Of a stretch of DNA of 48,726 bases, positions 1-8,605 are shown piece after piece. The notes beneath the pieces were generated by a model. The model did not search any database and was not told the DNA's origin. It was given only the letters and a program-made list of their open reading frames with translations. The position numbers and the translations under genes are program-made. Source of the DNA: a virus (Duplodnaviria; Caudoviricetes); the IMG/VR virus record IMGVR_UViG_3300025517_000003, positions 1 to 48,726 of that record, one strand, 5' to 3'. The first letter of the stretch is position 1, and every line of letters starts with the position of its first letter.

Positions 1-43
1 AAAAAAAAAAATAAAACTTTCCGCCTAAACATCGGCAGAAAGT
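1..43 (-). terminator. Intrinsic terminator after primase
   Basis: - strand ACTTTCTGCC-loop-GGCGGAAAGT followed by a long T tract. Confidence 0.75.
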
Positions 44-99
44 CTTATGTGTTGCATCTTAATGTCTTTTGATGCCGCTACGATTTCCTTCACTTGTTC
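1..99. repeat. Terminal overlap identical to 48628-48726 (circular assembly overlap)
   Basis: First 99 nt are repeated exactly at the end of the window. Confidence 0.95.
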
Positions 100-1023
100 C
101 ACATCATCTACTTCATTGATATCCTTTTTGCCGTCTGGCAGCGTCCATTCTTGCAGATTCACCCAGGACGCAAGGTGACGGATGACTTGATTCTTCATTA
201 CATCACCCGCAGCATCATTGTCAGCCCCAATGATGATGCGTTTAATAGGCGACTTCTTGATGATATCTGCGCGCTTTTCATTGAAATATTTGTTCCCTGC
301 CGCAATAGCAGGAATGCCGCAGCTTATCAGATACATAGCGTCAATTTCCGCTTCCACCAGCACCGCCCAGTCCAGCTTGTATTCATAGATAAAATTCATG
401 CCCCACAGATAAGCGCGTATATCTTCGCCGTCTTCGTGATACCAGAACGCCTTGCCGTAGATTGTACGAAACTTGATAGTCAACAACCGCCCGCGCTCGT
501 CTATCCACGGAATACTAACCGCCTTTCTTTGCGCATCATATCCGCATTTGCAATTCAGCAGGACGTTCCGACTGATACCGCGCCCTTCCAGATAAGGATG
601 TCGCAGCTTTGCTAATTCTTCAGCGATAGTCCAGTCCATTCCGATTTCCTTGCGCGGAACCTTGAAGGACGGATGCGGGCGCAGCTTCAAGCTGGAACGC
701 GGCTTTGCCCTGATTCCGCCGTATTTATCCAGCAAATAGTTTGCCGTTTCGCTGACGTCTTCCCCGCGCAAGAATGCCAGCAGCTTCAGAAAGCCGCCCT
801 TTTCGTATTCCGTATTCAACGCCCCGCTGTCGCCCCAGAAGCCAGCTTTCGCCGTGTCCGTATCTTCCAGATAGACATAAAATGACGCATGCTGTTCGTA
901 ACGAAAAGGACTGGACGCAATAAGCCGATGACTTTCCCATCGTGCCTGGCGCCAGTCGAACGCTTCCAGTTCTTCGCGGATGTCTACGTTCACTTCATGT
1001 CCGCTTATTTCTAGTAACGGCAT
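25..1023 (-). CDS. dnaG: DNA primase (TOPRIM)
   Basis: VLVEAEIDA and IIIGADNDAAG TOPRIM motifs; directly downstream of helicase. Confidence 0.9.
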   Translation of the reverse strand: MPLLEISGHEVNVDIREELEAFDWRQARWESHRLIASSPFRYEQHASFYVYLEDTDTAKAGFWGDSGALNTEYEKGGFLKLLAFLRGEDVSETANYLLDKYGGIRAKPRSSLKLRPHPSFKVPRKEIGMDWTIAEELAKLRHPYLEGRGISRNVLLNCKCGYDAQRKAVSIPWIDERGRLLTIKFRTIYGKAFWYHEDGEDIRAYLWGMNFIYEYKLDWAVLVEAEIDAMYLISCGIPAIAAGNKYFNEKRADIIKKSPIKRIIIGADNDAAGDVMKNQVIRHLASWVNLQEWTLPDGKKDINEVDDVEQVKEIVAASKDIKMQHIRLSADV

Positions 1024-2372
1024 TAAAACACCCCCACGCCTTTGAATATATCCTGCGCACCATCCACGCCGACTTCTTTGACTACGCCATAAGAAGGAAG
1101 GTAGATGATTTCAATTTTTTCATCTTCGCCGCCATTGCGCCCCTTTCCTATTGCTATCATGCCGCGTCCGTCGCATGTGTCGATGGCGAATGTATTGCTA
1201 CTGTCTTCCAGGATTTGCTTTGCTTTTTTCAGTTCCGCACGCTTCGGAACACGCAGCTGGCGCTTGCCGTCTTCGTCTTCATCGTCCTTGACTTCTTCAG
1301 CTTGCGTGATAACGTGCATCACGACACCCAACCGTCCAGCCATCAGGCGCAGCTTCATGGATGTCTTTGCGACGTCCCCGCCCGCCGTGTTCGACGTGTT
1401 CTTTTCCATGTCCATGTAATAGATAGGGTCTACCACGACGACATCCGCTTCGAATCGTTTAATGTCCGCTTCCAGTGCGCGCACATCGCGCTTCCTGAAC
1501 ATCGGCTCGTCAATTGCACGGATGATGATGCGCCCCTTTATGATTTTATTCAGTGACAGCAAGAAGTCGCGGAATTTTTCTTCGAAGCCCTCATTCAACG
1601 TCCCCATCAGGATGTCTTTCGTGTTGAAGCCTGCGTCTATCTTTTCGTCCCCGACGCGCAAGTCGAAGATTCCTTGCAGCGCACTGATTGCCGCTATCAT
1701 GCGCGCAGCTAATTCATATCGGGACATTTCCAGTGACCACATAAGAACAGTTGCGCCGTCCATCGCTGACTTGATTGCTTCCATCATCGTGATAACCGAT
1801 TTCCCGCGTCCGCTTCGTCCGTACCATACATAAACGTTTGACGACATATAGCCGCCGATACTGCGGTTTATACCTGGAAAAATCGACTCATATATTTTGA
1901 ATGATTTCCCTTCCTTGCGGCGCTCATATTCTTTCAGAATGTCCATGACGTCACGCTTTAAGTCGAAGCCGACGCCTTCGCCTGATTGCGCAAGTGTCTG
2001 GATAGCAAACATCTTCTTCGTAACTTCGTCGATAAAATCTTCTGCCTTCATATCACGGAACATTTTTGCGATTTCTTCACTATACCAAAGTTGCTCGATG
2101 CGCTGCTTGCCCGCATAATCTTTAATTTCTTCCGCCATAAATTTGAAGCTGTCCGTCACTTGTGGAATATACATGAAGTTTGGCACTTCAGCTTCGACTG
2201 TGCGGAAGTCAGGCACGTCACCGTCATTCTTATCCGCATAATCCAAGATGAAACGCATCGCCTGGCGTTCCGCTTCAGACGGCAGCACTTCTTCTGTGAC
2301 GCCATAGCGGTCGAACGCGTTCACGTCACCAGTGTCTATGACTTTTGAAATGAAACTTTCACCATATGACAT
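1023..2372 (-). CDS. dnaB: Replicative DnaB-like (SF4) helicase
   Basis: Walker A GRSGRGKS, SLEMS, Walker B VVVVDP, KGRNG; start moved to MSYGESF after RBS GAAGGGGGAG. Confidence 0.9.
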   Translation of the reverse strand: MSYGESFISKVIDTGDVNAFDRYGVTEEVLPSEAERQAMRFILDYADKNDGDVPDFRTVEAEVPNFMYIPQVTDSFKFMAEEIKDYAGKQRIEQLWYSEEIAKMFRDMKAEDFIDEVTKKMFAIQTLAQSGEGVGFDLKRDVMDILKEYERRKEGKSFKIYESIFPGINRSIGGYMSSNVYVWYGRSGRGKSVITMMEAIKSAMDGATVLMWSLEMSRYELAARMIAAISALQGIFDLRVGDEKIDAGFNTKDILMGTLNEGFEEKFRDFLLSLNKIIKGRIIIRAIDEPMFRKRDVRALEADIKRFEADVVVVDPIYYMDMEKNTSNTAGGDVAKTSMKLRLMAGRLGVVMHVITQAEEVKDDEDEDGKRQLRVPKRAELKKAKQILEDSSNTFAIDTCDGRGMIAIGKGRNGGEDEKIEIIYLPSYGVVKEVGVDGAQDIFKGVGVF

Positions 2373-2377
2373 TCCTG

Positions 2378-2821
2378 TTACTCCCCCTTCTCCGTCGGTT
2401 CGTCGCTCCCTATTAGTTCTCCTGAAAGACGCAACCACTCACGACGGGCTTCAAGTGCTTTTTTGAGGAATTCGTCGTCGTGAAAAATTTTATAAAGCAC
2501 CATGTAGTCATTGTAGATATCAAGCCAGTAGTCCAGCTTTTGCACGTTTTCTCTGATAAGTGCTTCGATTTCCGCTTCCGTCAGCGGCATTTTCGCCTTG
2601 TTAGCAACGCGTTCCGCCGCCACTATTTGACTTTCCGCCACGTCTACTAAAATTTCGCCGCAGTCTGATTCAATCACATAAGTGAAGATTTCAGTGCCTA
2701 GAAAGTTTCGCGCCGAATACATAAGTATTGTGTACACCTCCGCCGATAATTTCGTCGGCTCATCTATCGAAAGTTTCAGCCGTACTTTGTCGCCATTGCG
2801 GAATTTCGGTCGCTTACTCAC
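2378..2821 (-). CDS. Hypothetical protein (N-terminal SH3/KOW-like beta domain, helical C-terminus)
   Basis: 147-aa ORF coupled to neighbours; PKFRNGDKVRL start. Confidence 0.6.
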   Translation of the reverse strand: MSKRPKFRNGDKVRLKLSIDEPTKLSAEVYTILMYSARNFLGTEIFTYVIESDCGEILVDVAESQIVAAERVANKAKMPLTEAEIEALIRENVQKLDYWLDIYNDYMVLYKIFHDDEFLKKALEARREWLRLSGELIGSDEPTEKGE

Positions 2822-3585
2822 TTTCTTCGCCCCCTTTTTGAAGTGCCTTTGAATTCGAATTCAAGTGTAAGGTCGCGCACTCTATCCATCAGCTTCTTGT
2901 CGAAGATGTCTGTTAGTTCAGTGATATGAACGTTTGACGTGAACACCGTCGGCATCTTCTTCACATAACGATGATTGATGATTGCGTGTAAGTCATGTCT
3001 GAATGCTTCAGTCGCTGAACGCGCCCCGATGTCGTCCATCACCAGCAGCGCCGCCTTTTTTGCTTTTTCTAGCATTTGATAATACGAAGCCGACGCCTTC
3101 TGTCCTACTTCTTGCGGCACATTTCCCCGCGTGAATTGTGTGAATAGTTGCTGGAATTCTGCGCAATCTAAGAAGTAAACAGCGTCTTCTGGCGGCGTCA
3201 TTTTGCGCTGCAAGTGCCCTACATAGTGAACTGCCTGCCAGTCGTTCGCAACAGCGGAAGCCGTCGCCGTCTTTCCTGTTCCAGGTTCGTCTGACCACAG
3301 ATAAAGATTTTTGATGTAGTCTTTTGGTTCTTCTGGTTCGATAAACATGCGTTCAAACGATTTCACATAGATGTCAAGCTTTTTGAATATGTCTGGCTGC
3401 GCTTCACGCACAGGATTTTCAGCCACAGTGAACTTGCGATATTCTTGTGGGATACTGTCGCCCACGCGTCCACCTTTGCCGCTGGCGCCGTGTAAGCTGA
3501 TAAAGTACGGACACAGTTTGCTGCATCGTTCCGTCCCAGCCAACGAACACAGTCCGCGCAAGATGCAGTTCTTTTCGTTACTCAT
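2818..3585 (-). CDS. DnaC/IstB-like AAA+ helicase loader
   Basis: EPGTGKT Walker A, LLVMDDIG Walker B, PTVFTSN; Cys-rich N-terminus. Confidence 0.88.
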   Translation of the reverse strand: MSNEKNCILRGLCSLAGTERCSKLCPYFISLHGASGKGGRVGDSIPQEYRKFTVAENPVREAQPDIFKKLDIYVKSFERMFIEPEEPKDYIKNLYLWSDEPGTGKTATASAVANDWQAVHYVGHLQRKMTPPEDAVYFLDCAEFQQLFTQFTRGNVPQEVGQKASASYYQMLEKAKKAALLVMDDIGARSATEAFRHDLHAIINHRYVKKMPTVFTSNVHITELTDIFDKKLMDRVRDLTLEFEFKGTSKRGRRK

Positions 3586-3599
3586 TAATCAGTCCCCCT

Positions 3600-3980
3600 T
3601 TATATCCAGTCGTCATCGACATATATAGCATCTTGTATCATTTCTTCCCGCGCTTTTTGTTTCGCTTGTTCCAAAATGATGCGCTGCAAGACATTGTTCT
3701 TGTACTTGAACATAAAGCCGAAGTTGATGCCAGGATAGTTTGGATTCGGTTTGTATTCTTTGAAGCATGTGTCAATGAAGTCTTTCACGACTTGCTGCCC
3801 ATATTCTGCGATGCACGTCTTCAGCATCTTTTGTTCGATTCCCCAAGCGCCGAACGGATAATATGGAACGCGGAATAGTCGCTTGTGTTCGTCCATTAGA
3901 TAAGCGTGAAAAGTATGAACGTTCCAATCTTTCAATTCACGTGCTTTCCAGTCTTTTGCTGGCGGAAGTTTTCTTGCCAT
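3600..3980 (-). CDS. Replication-module protein (possible loader partner)
   Basis: 126-aa ORF immediately upstream of the DnaC-like gene. Confidence 0.5.
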   Translation of the reverse strand: MARKLPPAKDWKARELKDWNVHTFHAYLMDEHKRLFRVPYYPFGAWGIEQKMLKTCIAEYGQQVVKDFIDTCFKEYKPNPNYPGINFGFMFKYKNNVLQRIILEQAKQKAREEMIQDAIYVDDDWI

Positions 3981-3981
3981 A

Positions 3982-4728
3982 TTATCTACCCCCTAATGTT
4001 CGTAGTTCTTCTTCCAGCTTTGCGATAATTTCGTCCAATATTTCAGCAGCAAGCGGACTGTCGTCCGCCCCGCTTCTAATCTCCTTCAAACGTTTGATGC
4101 GATATTCCAGCAGCTGTTCTTCAGTGATATTCGCGAACAGTGACGCAAAAATACCAGCTGGTTCAGCGTCCATGTCTTCAACAGTGTGTGCGCTTCGATG
4201 CGTGAAGCCGCATTCCCACAGTTTCCGCGCGACGTCCCAGAAATAAAAGTCCGTGTCTGGAACGATTTTGTCGCCAGTTATATATTCGATAAACGGCATC
4301 GCATATTCGATTGCGTATAAATGCGCCCTACTTTCGCGGATTTTCACCGTCAAGCTGTTGTCAGTTTCGCGGTGAACGTGATGTCCGATTTCATGCAGGA
4401 TAGACAGAAGCAGCTTCATATGGTCGCTGTGCGCCTCGTCAAACGCATTTATCAAGATGGCTGGCAGCTTGTTGCCGTCCACCTGGTATTCTTTGCGCCC
4501 TGATTTGTTTGACACATAGATAGGTGATTTCAAATGCTTCGGTACATGTTTTCGACGCTGTAAGTAGCAACCTAAGAAATTGAATGTACGCTCTGGCTTC
4601 GTTGACACATAGATTCCCTGAATACCTTCAAAGTCTTCCGCAGGAACTAGCTGTTCAGCTATGCGGAAGGTTAGCGAAATAAATGAATCGTCAATTCCGT
4701 AAACTGGAACACCGTGAAAAGTTTTCAT
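3982..4728 (-). CDS. HExxH zinc metallopeptidase-like protein (ImmA/IrrE-like)
   Basis: SILHEIGHH followed by ESRAHLYA (downstream Glu ligand pattern). Confidence 0.6.
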   Translation of the reverse strand: MKTFHGVPVYGIDDSFISLTFRIAEQLVPAEDFEGIQGIYVSTKPERTFNFLGCYLQRRKHVPKHLKSPIYVSNKSGRKEYQVDGNKLPAILINAFDEAHSDHMKLLLSILHEIGHHVHRETDNSLTVKIRESRAHLYAIEYAMPFIEYITGDKIVPDTDFYFWDVARKLWECGFTHRSAHTVEDMDAEPAGIFASLFANITEEQLLEYRIKRLKEIRSGADDSPLAAEILDEIIAKLEEELRTLGGR

Positions 4729-4731
4729 TTT

Positions 4732-5145
4732 TCATTTGCTCCCTTCGCGTTTATTTGTCACCGACAGGATTCTAACGACTTTATTTGTGACATCTACGTC
4801 ATAGTCGACGATGTGCGGCATACTCTTTTTTAACAGCCGCGCCAATGCTTCAGCTTCCCGCAGCGTTACGTTTTCCAGTACGACGTCCAGGTTTTCCGCC
4901 ACAGTCCACGATTCGTTTCTTTTTGCGAATGCGATGAAAAGATTCAAGATTGAGTTCACCAGGATGAACAGCCCCAGGATTGTCGTACTGATGAACAGCC
5001 GCGTCTTCGTGAAGACGTGCGCCTTGTTTGGATTCAGCTGGCGCATTAATTCGATTTTCCTGGCGGTTGACCGTCTGGCGCAAAATACCATCCCGACAGC
5101 CGCCCCATAAACGAAGTGAAACGCCAGAATCTTCATGAATAGCAT
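4732..5145 (-). CDS. Membrane protein
   Basis: Two hydrophobic segments; RBS AAGGGGG. Confidence 0.6.
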   Translation of the reverse strand: MLFMKILAFHFVYGAAVGMVFCARRSTARKIELMRQLNPNKAHVFTKTRLFISTTILGLFILVNSILNLFIAFAKRNESWTVAENLDVVLENVTLREAEALARLLKKSMPHIVDYDVDVTNKVVRILSVTNKREGSK

Positions 5146-5246
5146 CAGCGGCGCCCCCTTCGTATCGTCACCCAGTCCGCCAGTGCCAGCCCCGCAAAGA
5201 TGAAACTGAACACGGCGACGAAAAATGTCGCTACCATATACATCAT
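5145..5246 (-). CDS. Small single-pass membrane peptide (30-33 aa), not in ORF track
   Basis: MMYMVATFFVAVFSFIFAGLALADWVTIRRGRR*; stop overlaps next start (TGATG); AAGGA RBS. Confidence 0.6.
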   Translation of the reverse strand: MMYMVATFFVAVFSFIFAGLALADWVTIRRGRR

Positions 5247-5272
5247 TCCTTTTTATTTTTCTTATCTTCTAA

Positions 5273-5296
5273 TACGCAACATGGATTTTGCGTCAC
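5273..5296 (-). promoter_or_regulatory. Phage-sigma-type promoter GTGAC-N15-CGTA (replication operon)
   Basis: TGTGAC GCAAAATCCATGTTG CGTATT; one of 8 copies with identical spacing. Confidence 0.75.
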
Positions 5297-5408
5297 AAAA
5301 AAGATTACGATGTTTCTTTTATTTGATTATTTGCGTGTCTGTCTTTGACAGACCGCAACATATTTATTTTTATTTATTATTTTTATATATTCTTATAGTC
5401 AGTAGCAG

Positions 5409-5494
5409 ATTTGCACCTGGTTCCAGGTACATATTTGCACCTGGTTCCAGGTACATATTTGCACCTGGTTCCAGGTACATATTTGCACCTGGTT
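5409..5494. repeat. 24-bp tandem iterons (3.6 copies), putative replication origin
   Basis: ATTTGCACCTGGTTCCAGGTACAT x3 plus a 14-bp partial; internal ACCTGG-TT-CCAGGT palindrome; adjacent AT-rich tract at about 5359-5397. Confidence 0.8.
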
Positions 5495-5507
5495 GCTTCA
5501 TAAACGC

Positions 5508-5540
5508 AAAAAAGACGCCAGCCCGCGAAGGACTGACGTC
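5508..5540 (-). terminator. Intrinsic terminator after integrase
   Basis: GACGTCAGTCC-loop-GGCTGGCGTC-TTTTTT on - strand. Confidence 0.75.
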
Positions 5541-5555
5541 ATAAAAATTTTTCTA

Positions 5556-6551
5556 CTATAAGAATTCCCGCAAACTATTTGCGACTTCTTCTTTATCAAG
5601 ATGTAAGTATTTTGTCGTCACTGCGATGTTACTGTGTCCCAGCGCCTTTGATATGAGGGCGATGTTTGCGCCCTTGTCCAGTAGATTCTTTGCGAAACCA
5701 CGGCGCAGTGCGTGCGGATTGATGTTTTTTAGGTTGTATATTTTTGCATATTTATTCAACCTTTTCTGGATGTTATTGTGCGATGGACTGGTCGATATTC
5801 TGCCGCCCCTTTTCGTGATAAAGACGTATTCATTCTTTTCGCCATACTCCCGACGGATGATATCATTCTGGCGCATCAGGACGCGCAGGATTTGCGTCAA
5901 TTCATCTGACAAGGGAAGATGTATCTGCTGATGATTTTTGACGATATCGCCGTCTATACGCAGCAGCTTCGCTTCCAGGTCGACGTGACGATTCTCCAGG
6001 AGGGACACCGTTCCGATGCGCAGTCCTGTCTGATACATTAGCAGCAGCGCCGCAGCGTCCCGCAGCTGCACGAAGTCGGTCAAGTCCAGGACGGACAGAA
6101 GTGTCCGAATTTCGCGGTCTGTTGCGCCTTCCTTGACTTTGTTGTCGACTTTGACTGTGATATTCGTCCAGAATTTCATTTGTAACCAACCATTGTTGAA
6201 GCACTTACTTAAAAATGCCTTTAAACATTTCAGACGTGTCAGCTTCGTTTGATTGCTGACATTCATCGAAGACAGCCACGCATAAATGTGATTCGACGTG
6301 ATTTCATTCAGATATTTTACGCCAGCTACTTCCGCAAAGTGATTCACATGCAGCTGGTAGTCGCTGATGGTTCTTGCGCGGTACCCGCTGACTTCCATCT
6401 GTCTGATGATTGTGTTCAGCGCCTGGTCGATTGATATGCCGCGCTCGATGCGTTCGGTCGGTTGCACTGTCTTCGCCTTTGTCGCTTTTGGTTGCGAAAA
6501 TAATCCAGATAAATCAGTTTCAATTGTTAAAGATTTTTTCTTTTTCGTCAT
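5556..6551 (-). CDS. int: Tyrosine integrase
   Basis: TGLRIGT, HALRRGFA and LGHSNIAVTTKY catalytic motifs; likely start MTKKKK at 6551. Confidence 0.93.
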   Translation of the reverse strand: MTKKKKSLTIETDLSGLFSQPKATKAKTVQPTERIERGISIDQALNTIIRQMEVSGYRARTISDYQLHVNHFAEVAGVKYLNEITSNHIYAWLSSMNVSNQTKLTRLKCLKAFLSKCFNNGWLQMKFWTNITVKVDNKVKEGATDREIRTLLSVLDLTDFVQLRDAAALLLMYQTGLRIGTVSLLENRHVDLEAKLLRIDGDIVKNHQQIHLPLSDELTQILRVLMRQNDIIRREYGEKNEYVFITKRGGRISTSPSHNNIQKRLNKYAKIYNLKNINPHALRRGFAKNLLDKGANIALISKALGHSNIAVTTKYLHLDKEEVANSLREFL

Positions 6552-6581
6552 AATAAAAAGCCCCCATAGTGAAGTCAATTT

Positions 6582-6803
6582 TCGGTCATATTTCGCAAGT
6601 TGACCGTACACTGACCGCTTCACTAGAAGGCTTCAAACGTTGATATGACGCTGTTTGTGCGTCAATTTTATATACGTCCCAGGAGGGATTCGAACCCCCG
6701 ACCGACGTGAAAATATGCGGTTCAAAAAATCGCCAATAAACCGCCATATTATCGCAAGTTGAAGCCTTCATATGTAACGGTCATTTTGCGAACTTATGAC
6801 CGA
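6582..6803. mobile_element. attP region with core at 6675-6707 and inverted arm-type blocks at 6582-6610 and 6773-6803
   Basis: Core on - strand CGTCGGTCGGGGGTTCGAATCCCTCCTGGGACG is the T-arm/acceptor 3' half of a tRNA and matches my recollection of Bacillus tRNA-Arg(UCU); flanked by CGGTCA...TGACCG repeats. Confidence 0.85.
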
Positions 6804-6813
6804 TTCGCTTTTT

Positions 6814-6842
6814 ATTATATAAAGGGACGAAAAAAGTGTCAA
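6814..6842 (-). promoter_or_regulatory. Consensus SigA promoter firing through attP toward int
   Basis: TTGACA-17 nt-TATAAT, perfect consensus. Confidence 0.85.
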
Positions 6843-6876
6843 TAATAAAACAAATAGGACGCCATCCTGGCGCCCA

Positions 6877-7290
6877 CTATATACCAAGCAGCTGCTGCTT
6901 TTTCTTTGCGAATTCGTCTTCAGTGATGATGCCCTGGTCGCGCAGTTCCGCGAATTTCTTTATTTCTTCCGCGGCACCATAGTTGCTTTTGGATTTTGCG
7001 ATATATTCTTCGATTAGTTCCTTGCAGCGCAAGATGTCTTCATAATGCTTTTTCTTGATTGCGAATGTCGTCAGTTCTGCTACGTTAAACATTTGTTGCG
7101 TGCCGCTATCAGCCGTTGTCAGTAGTTTAATATATCCACCTATCAGATTCGGCTCTGTTATTTCGACGCCTACGATTGTATCTATCCGATATTCAATAGT
7201 TCTGCCGCGCTTTTTCTTGCTGCGGATGATAACTTTTTCAGGCGTCACCGTGATAAATTTGCGCGCTGTTTCGAATACATTTTTCGTCAT
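6877..7290 (-). CDS. SHOCT-domain protein (PH-like N-terminus), moron-like
   Basis: C-terminal EIKKFAELRDQGIITEDEFAKKKQQLL SHOCT motif; own promoter upstream. Confidence 0.75.
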   Translation of the reverse strand: MTKNVFETARKFITVTPEKVIIRSKKKRGRTIEYRIDTIVGVEITEPNLIGGYIKLLTTADSGTQQMFNVAELTTFAIKKKHYEDILRCKELIEEYIAKSKSNYGAAEEIKKFAELRDQGIITEDEFAKKKQQLLGI

Positions 7291-7322
7291 GTTTTAATCA
7301 ATCCTTTCGCATTTTTTGTTTT

Positions 7323-7351
7323 ATTATACGATAGGCAATAAATCTTGTCAC
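7323..7351 (-). promoter_or_regulatory. SigA-like promoter overlapping a phage-sigma-like motif (N16)
   Basis: GTGACA-17-TATAAT; also reads GTGAC-16-CGTA. Confidence 0.65.
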
Positions 7352-7357
7352 ATAAAT

Positions 7358-7387
7358 AAAAAAATAAAGGCGCCCGCAGGCGCCCTG
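7358..7387 (-). terminator. Terminator of the lysis/late operon
   Basis: GGGCGCC-TGC-GGGCGCC-TTTATTTTTTT on - strand. Confidence 0.75.
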
Positions 7388-7392
7388 TAATA

Positions 7393-7653
7393 TTACAGAC
7401 GATTTTCGTCGTCTTTTTTTATTTCGATTTGTTCAGTGTCTTGTAGTCCTTTGCCGCTGGATGGATTGTTCAATAAGCCCAGCATAACAAGCAGCCCCAG
7501 GACATAGTTCACAATGTCAGGGAATTCGATAGGAAGAGGAATTCCGACAGCTTGCGCAAGAAGCGGAACCAGTCCCAGCAGCAGCGTCGTCCAGAACGTG
7601 TAATTTTTTAGACGCGGCGCCAGTGTTTTTAACAGATGCTTCATATTAATCAT
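7393..7653 (-). CDS. Holin (two TM segments; likely start at 7644)
   Basis: RLKNYTFW...GLLNNPSSGKG pattern; adjacent to endolysin. Confidence 0.85.
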   Translation of the reverse strand: MINMKHLLKTLAPRLKNYTFWTTLLLGLVPLLAQAVGIPLPIEFPDIVNYVLGLLVMLGLLNNPSSGKGLQDTEQIEIKKDDENRL

Positions 7654-8590
7654 TCCCTTCGTTTTTGCGGCAGCATTGACCGCATTCGCTTTTGATTAGC
7701 TTATAGACACGTTGCGCAACAGCAGCGGCTTGTTCGCGTGTCAGCGGATAGTTTGCACGTGTTCCGTCCAGGATGCCTTTTTCTTTTGCCCAGTCCCAGT
7801 TCTCTTTCAGCGACTGGCTGACAGGACGTTCTTCCACTTTGGCGACTTCTTTTTCACCTTCAATTAGACCGCGCTCAATAGCGACATAAAGCAGCCCGAT
7901 AGCTTCGGAATCAGTCAGTTCGCCTTTTTCCAGCTTTTGCGCCCACATGTCGCTGATACCTCCATCCTTCGCAGCAAGGCGCTTCAAGACGTTGACCGCA
8001 GAATTTTTGATAGTAGGTGATTTCGGTTCGAATTTATTCACTTGATTTCCCTCCCCTTTTGGATTTGATTGCGCTGGTTTTGGCGCAGGCATCGTCAGCC
8101 TGTCATAGTGATATTTCACGCGGCTGATGAATTCATTCCAACGCGGCAGAATAAGGCGCGGACATTGTTTTCCAGACCAATGCTTGTGCGGCACGACTTT
8201 CGTAATAGGAATGCCAGTGTCTTTCATTAGCTTTGCGACTAATTGCGCCGCGTTGTCGAACGCTTTTTCGAAGTTTCCGTCGCTGTTTTCACAGACTTCG
8301 ATGCCGATAGATTTGCGATTCCCAGTTCCTCTGCCGCCGTCACCCGCATGCCATCCGTTTTCGTTCAGCGGAAGATGCTGGACTGCGCGCGTGTCATCGA
8401 CTGTGAAGTGCCAGGATGTCGCAGTCGATGGATTCTTCACATATCTTGCGTGCATTAACGCGTTCGCGCCTTTTGAAGTGTTCGCAGTATTGTGGATAGT
8501 GATATATTCAGGCTTCATGGCGTAACCTGGACGGTTGCCATTTCCTTTTGGAATAAAGTCTTGAATGATTTGAAGCACTTTGCGCCCCAC
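7646..8590 (-). CDS. Endolysin, N-acetylmuramoyl-L-alanine amidase (XlyA/CwlA-like) with C-terminal SLH-like segment
   Basis: ITIHNT, SWHFTVD, GWHAGD, SIGIEVC, HWSGKQCP; C-terminal WAKEKGILDG...LTREQAA. Confidence 0.92.
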   Translation of the reverse strand: MGRKVLQIIQDFIPKGNGNRPGYAMKPEYITIHNTANTSKGANALMHARYVKNPSTATSWHFTVDDTRAVQHLPLNENGWHAGDGGRGTGNRKSIGIEVCENSDGNFEKAFDNAAQLVAKLMKDTGIPITKVVPHKHWSGKQCPRLILPRWNEFISRVKYHYDRLTMPAPKPAQSNPKGEGNQVNKFEPKSPTIKNSAVNVLKRLAAKDGGISDMWAQKLEKGELTDSEAIGLLYVAIERGLIEGEKEVAKVEERPVSQSLKENWDWAKEKGILDGTRANYPLTREQAAAVAQRVYKLIKSECGQCCRKNEGND

Positions 8591-8605
8591 CTTTCTTTAT
8601 CGTAT

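Noticed and set aside
5409-5494. Palindromic 24-bp repeats as a CRISPR array
   Set aside because: Units are head-to-tail with no spacers and there is no cas operon
6675-6707. tRNA gene
   Set aside because: Only the 3' half is present; no D-arm or anticodon loop, so it is called as the attP core
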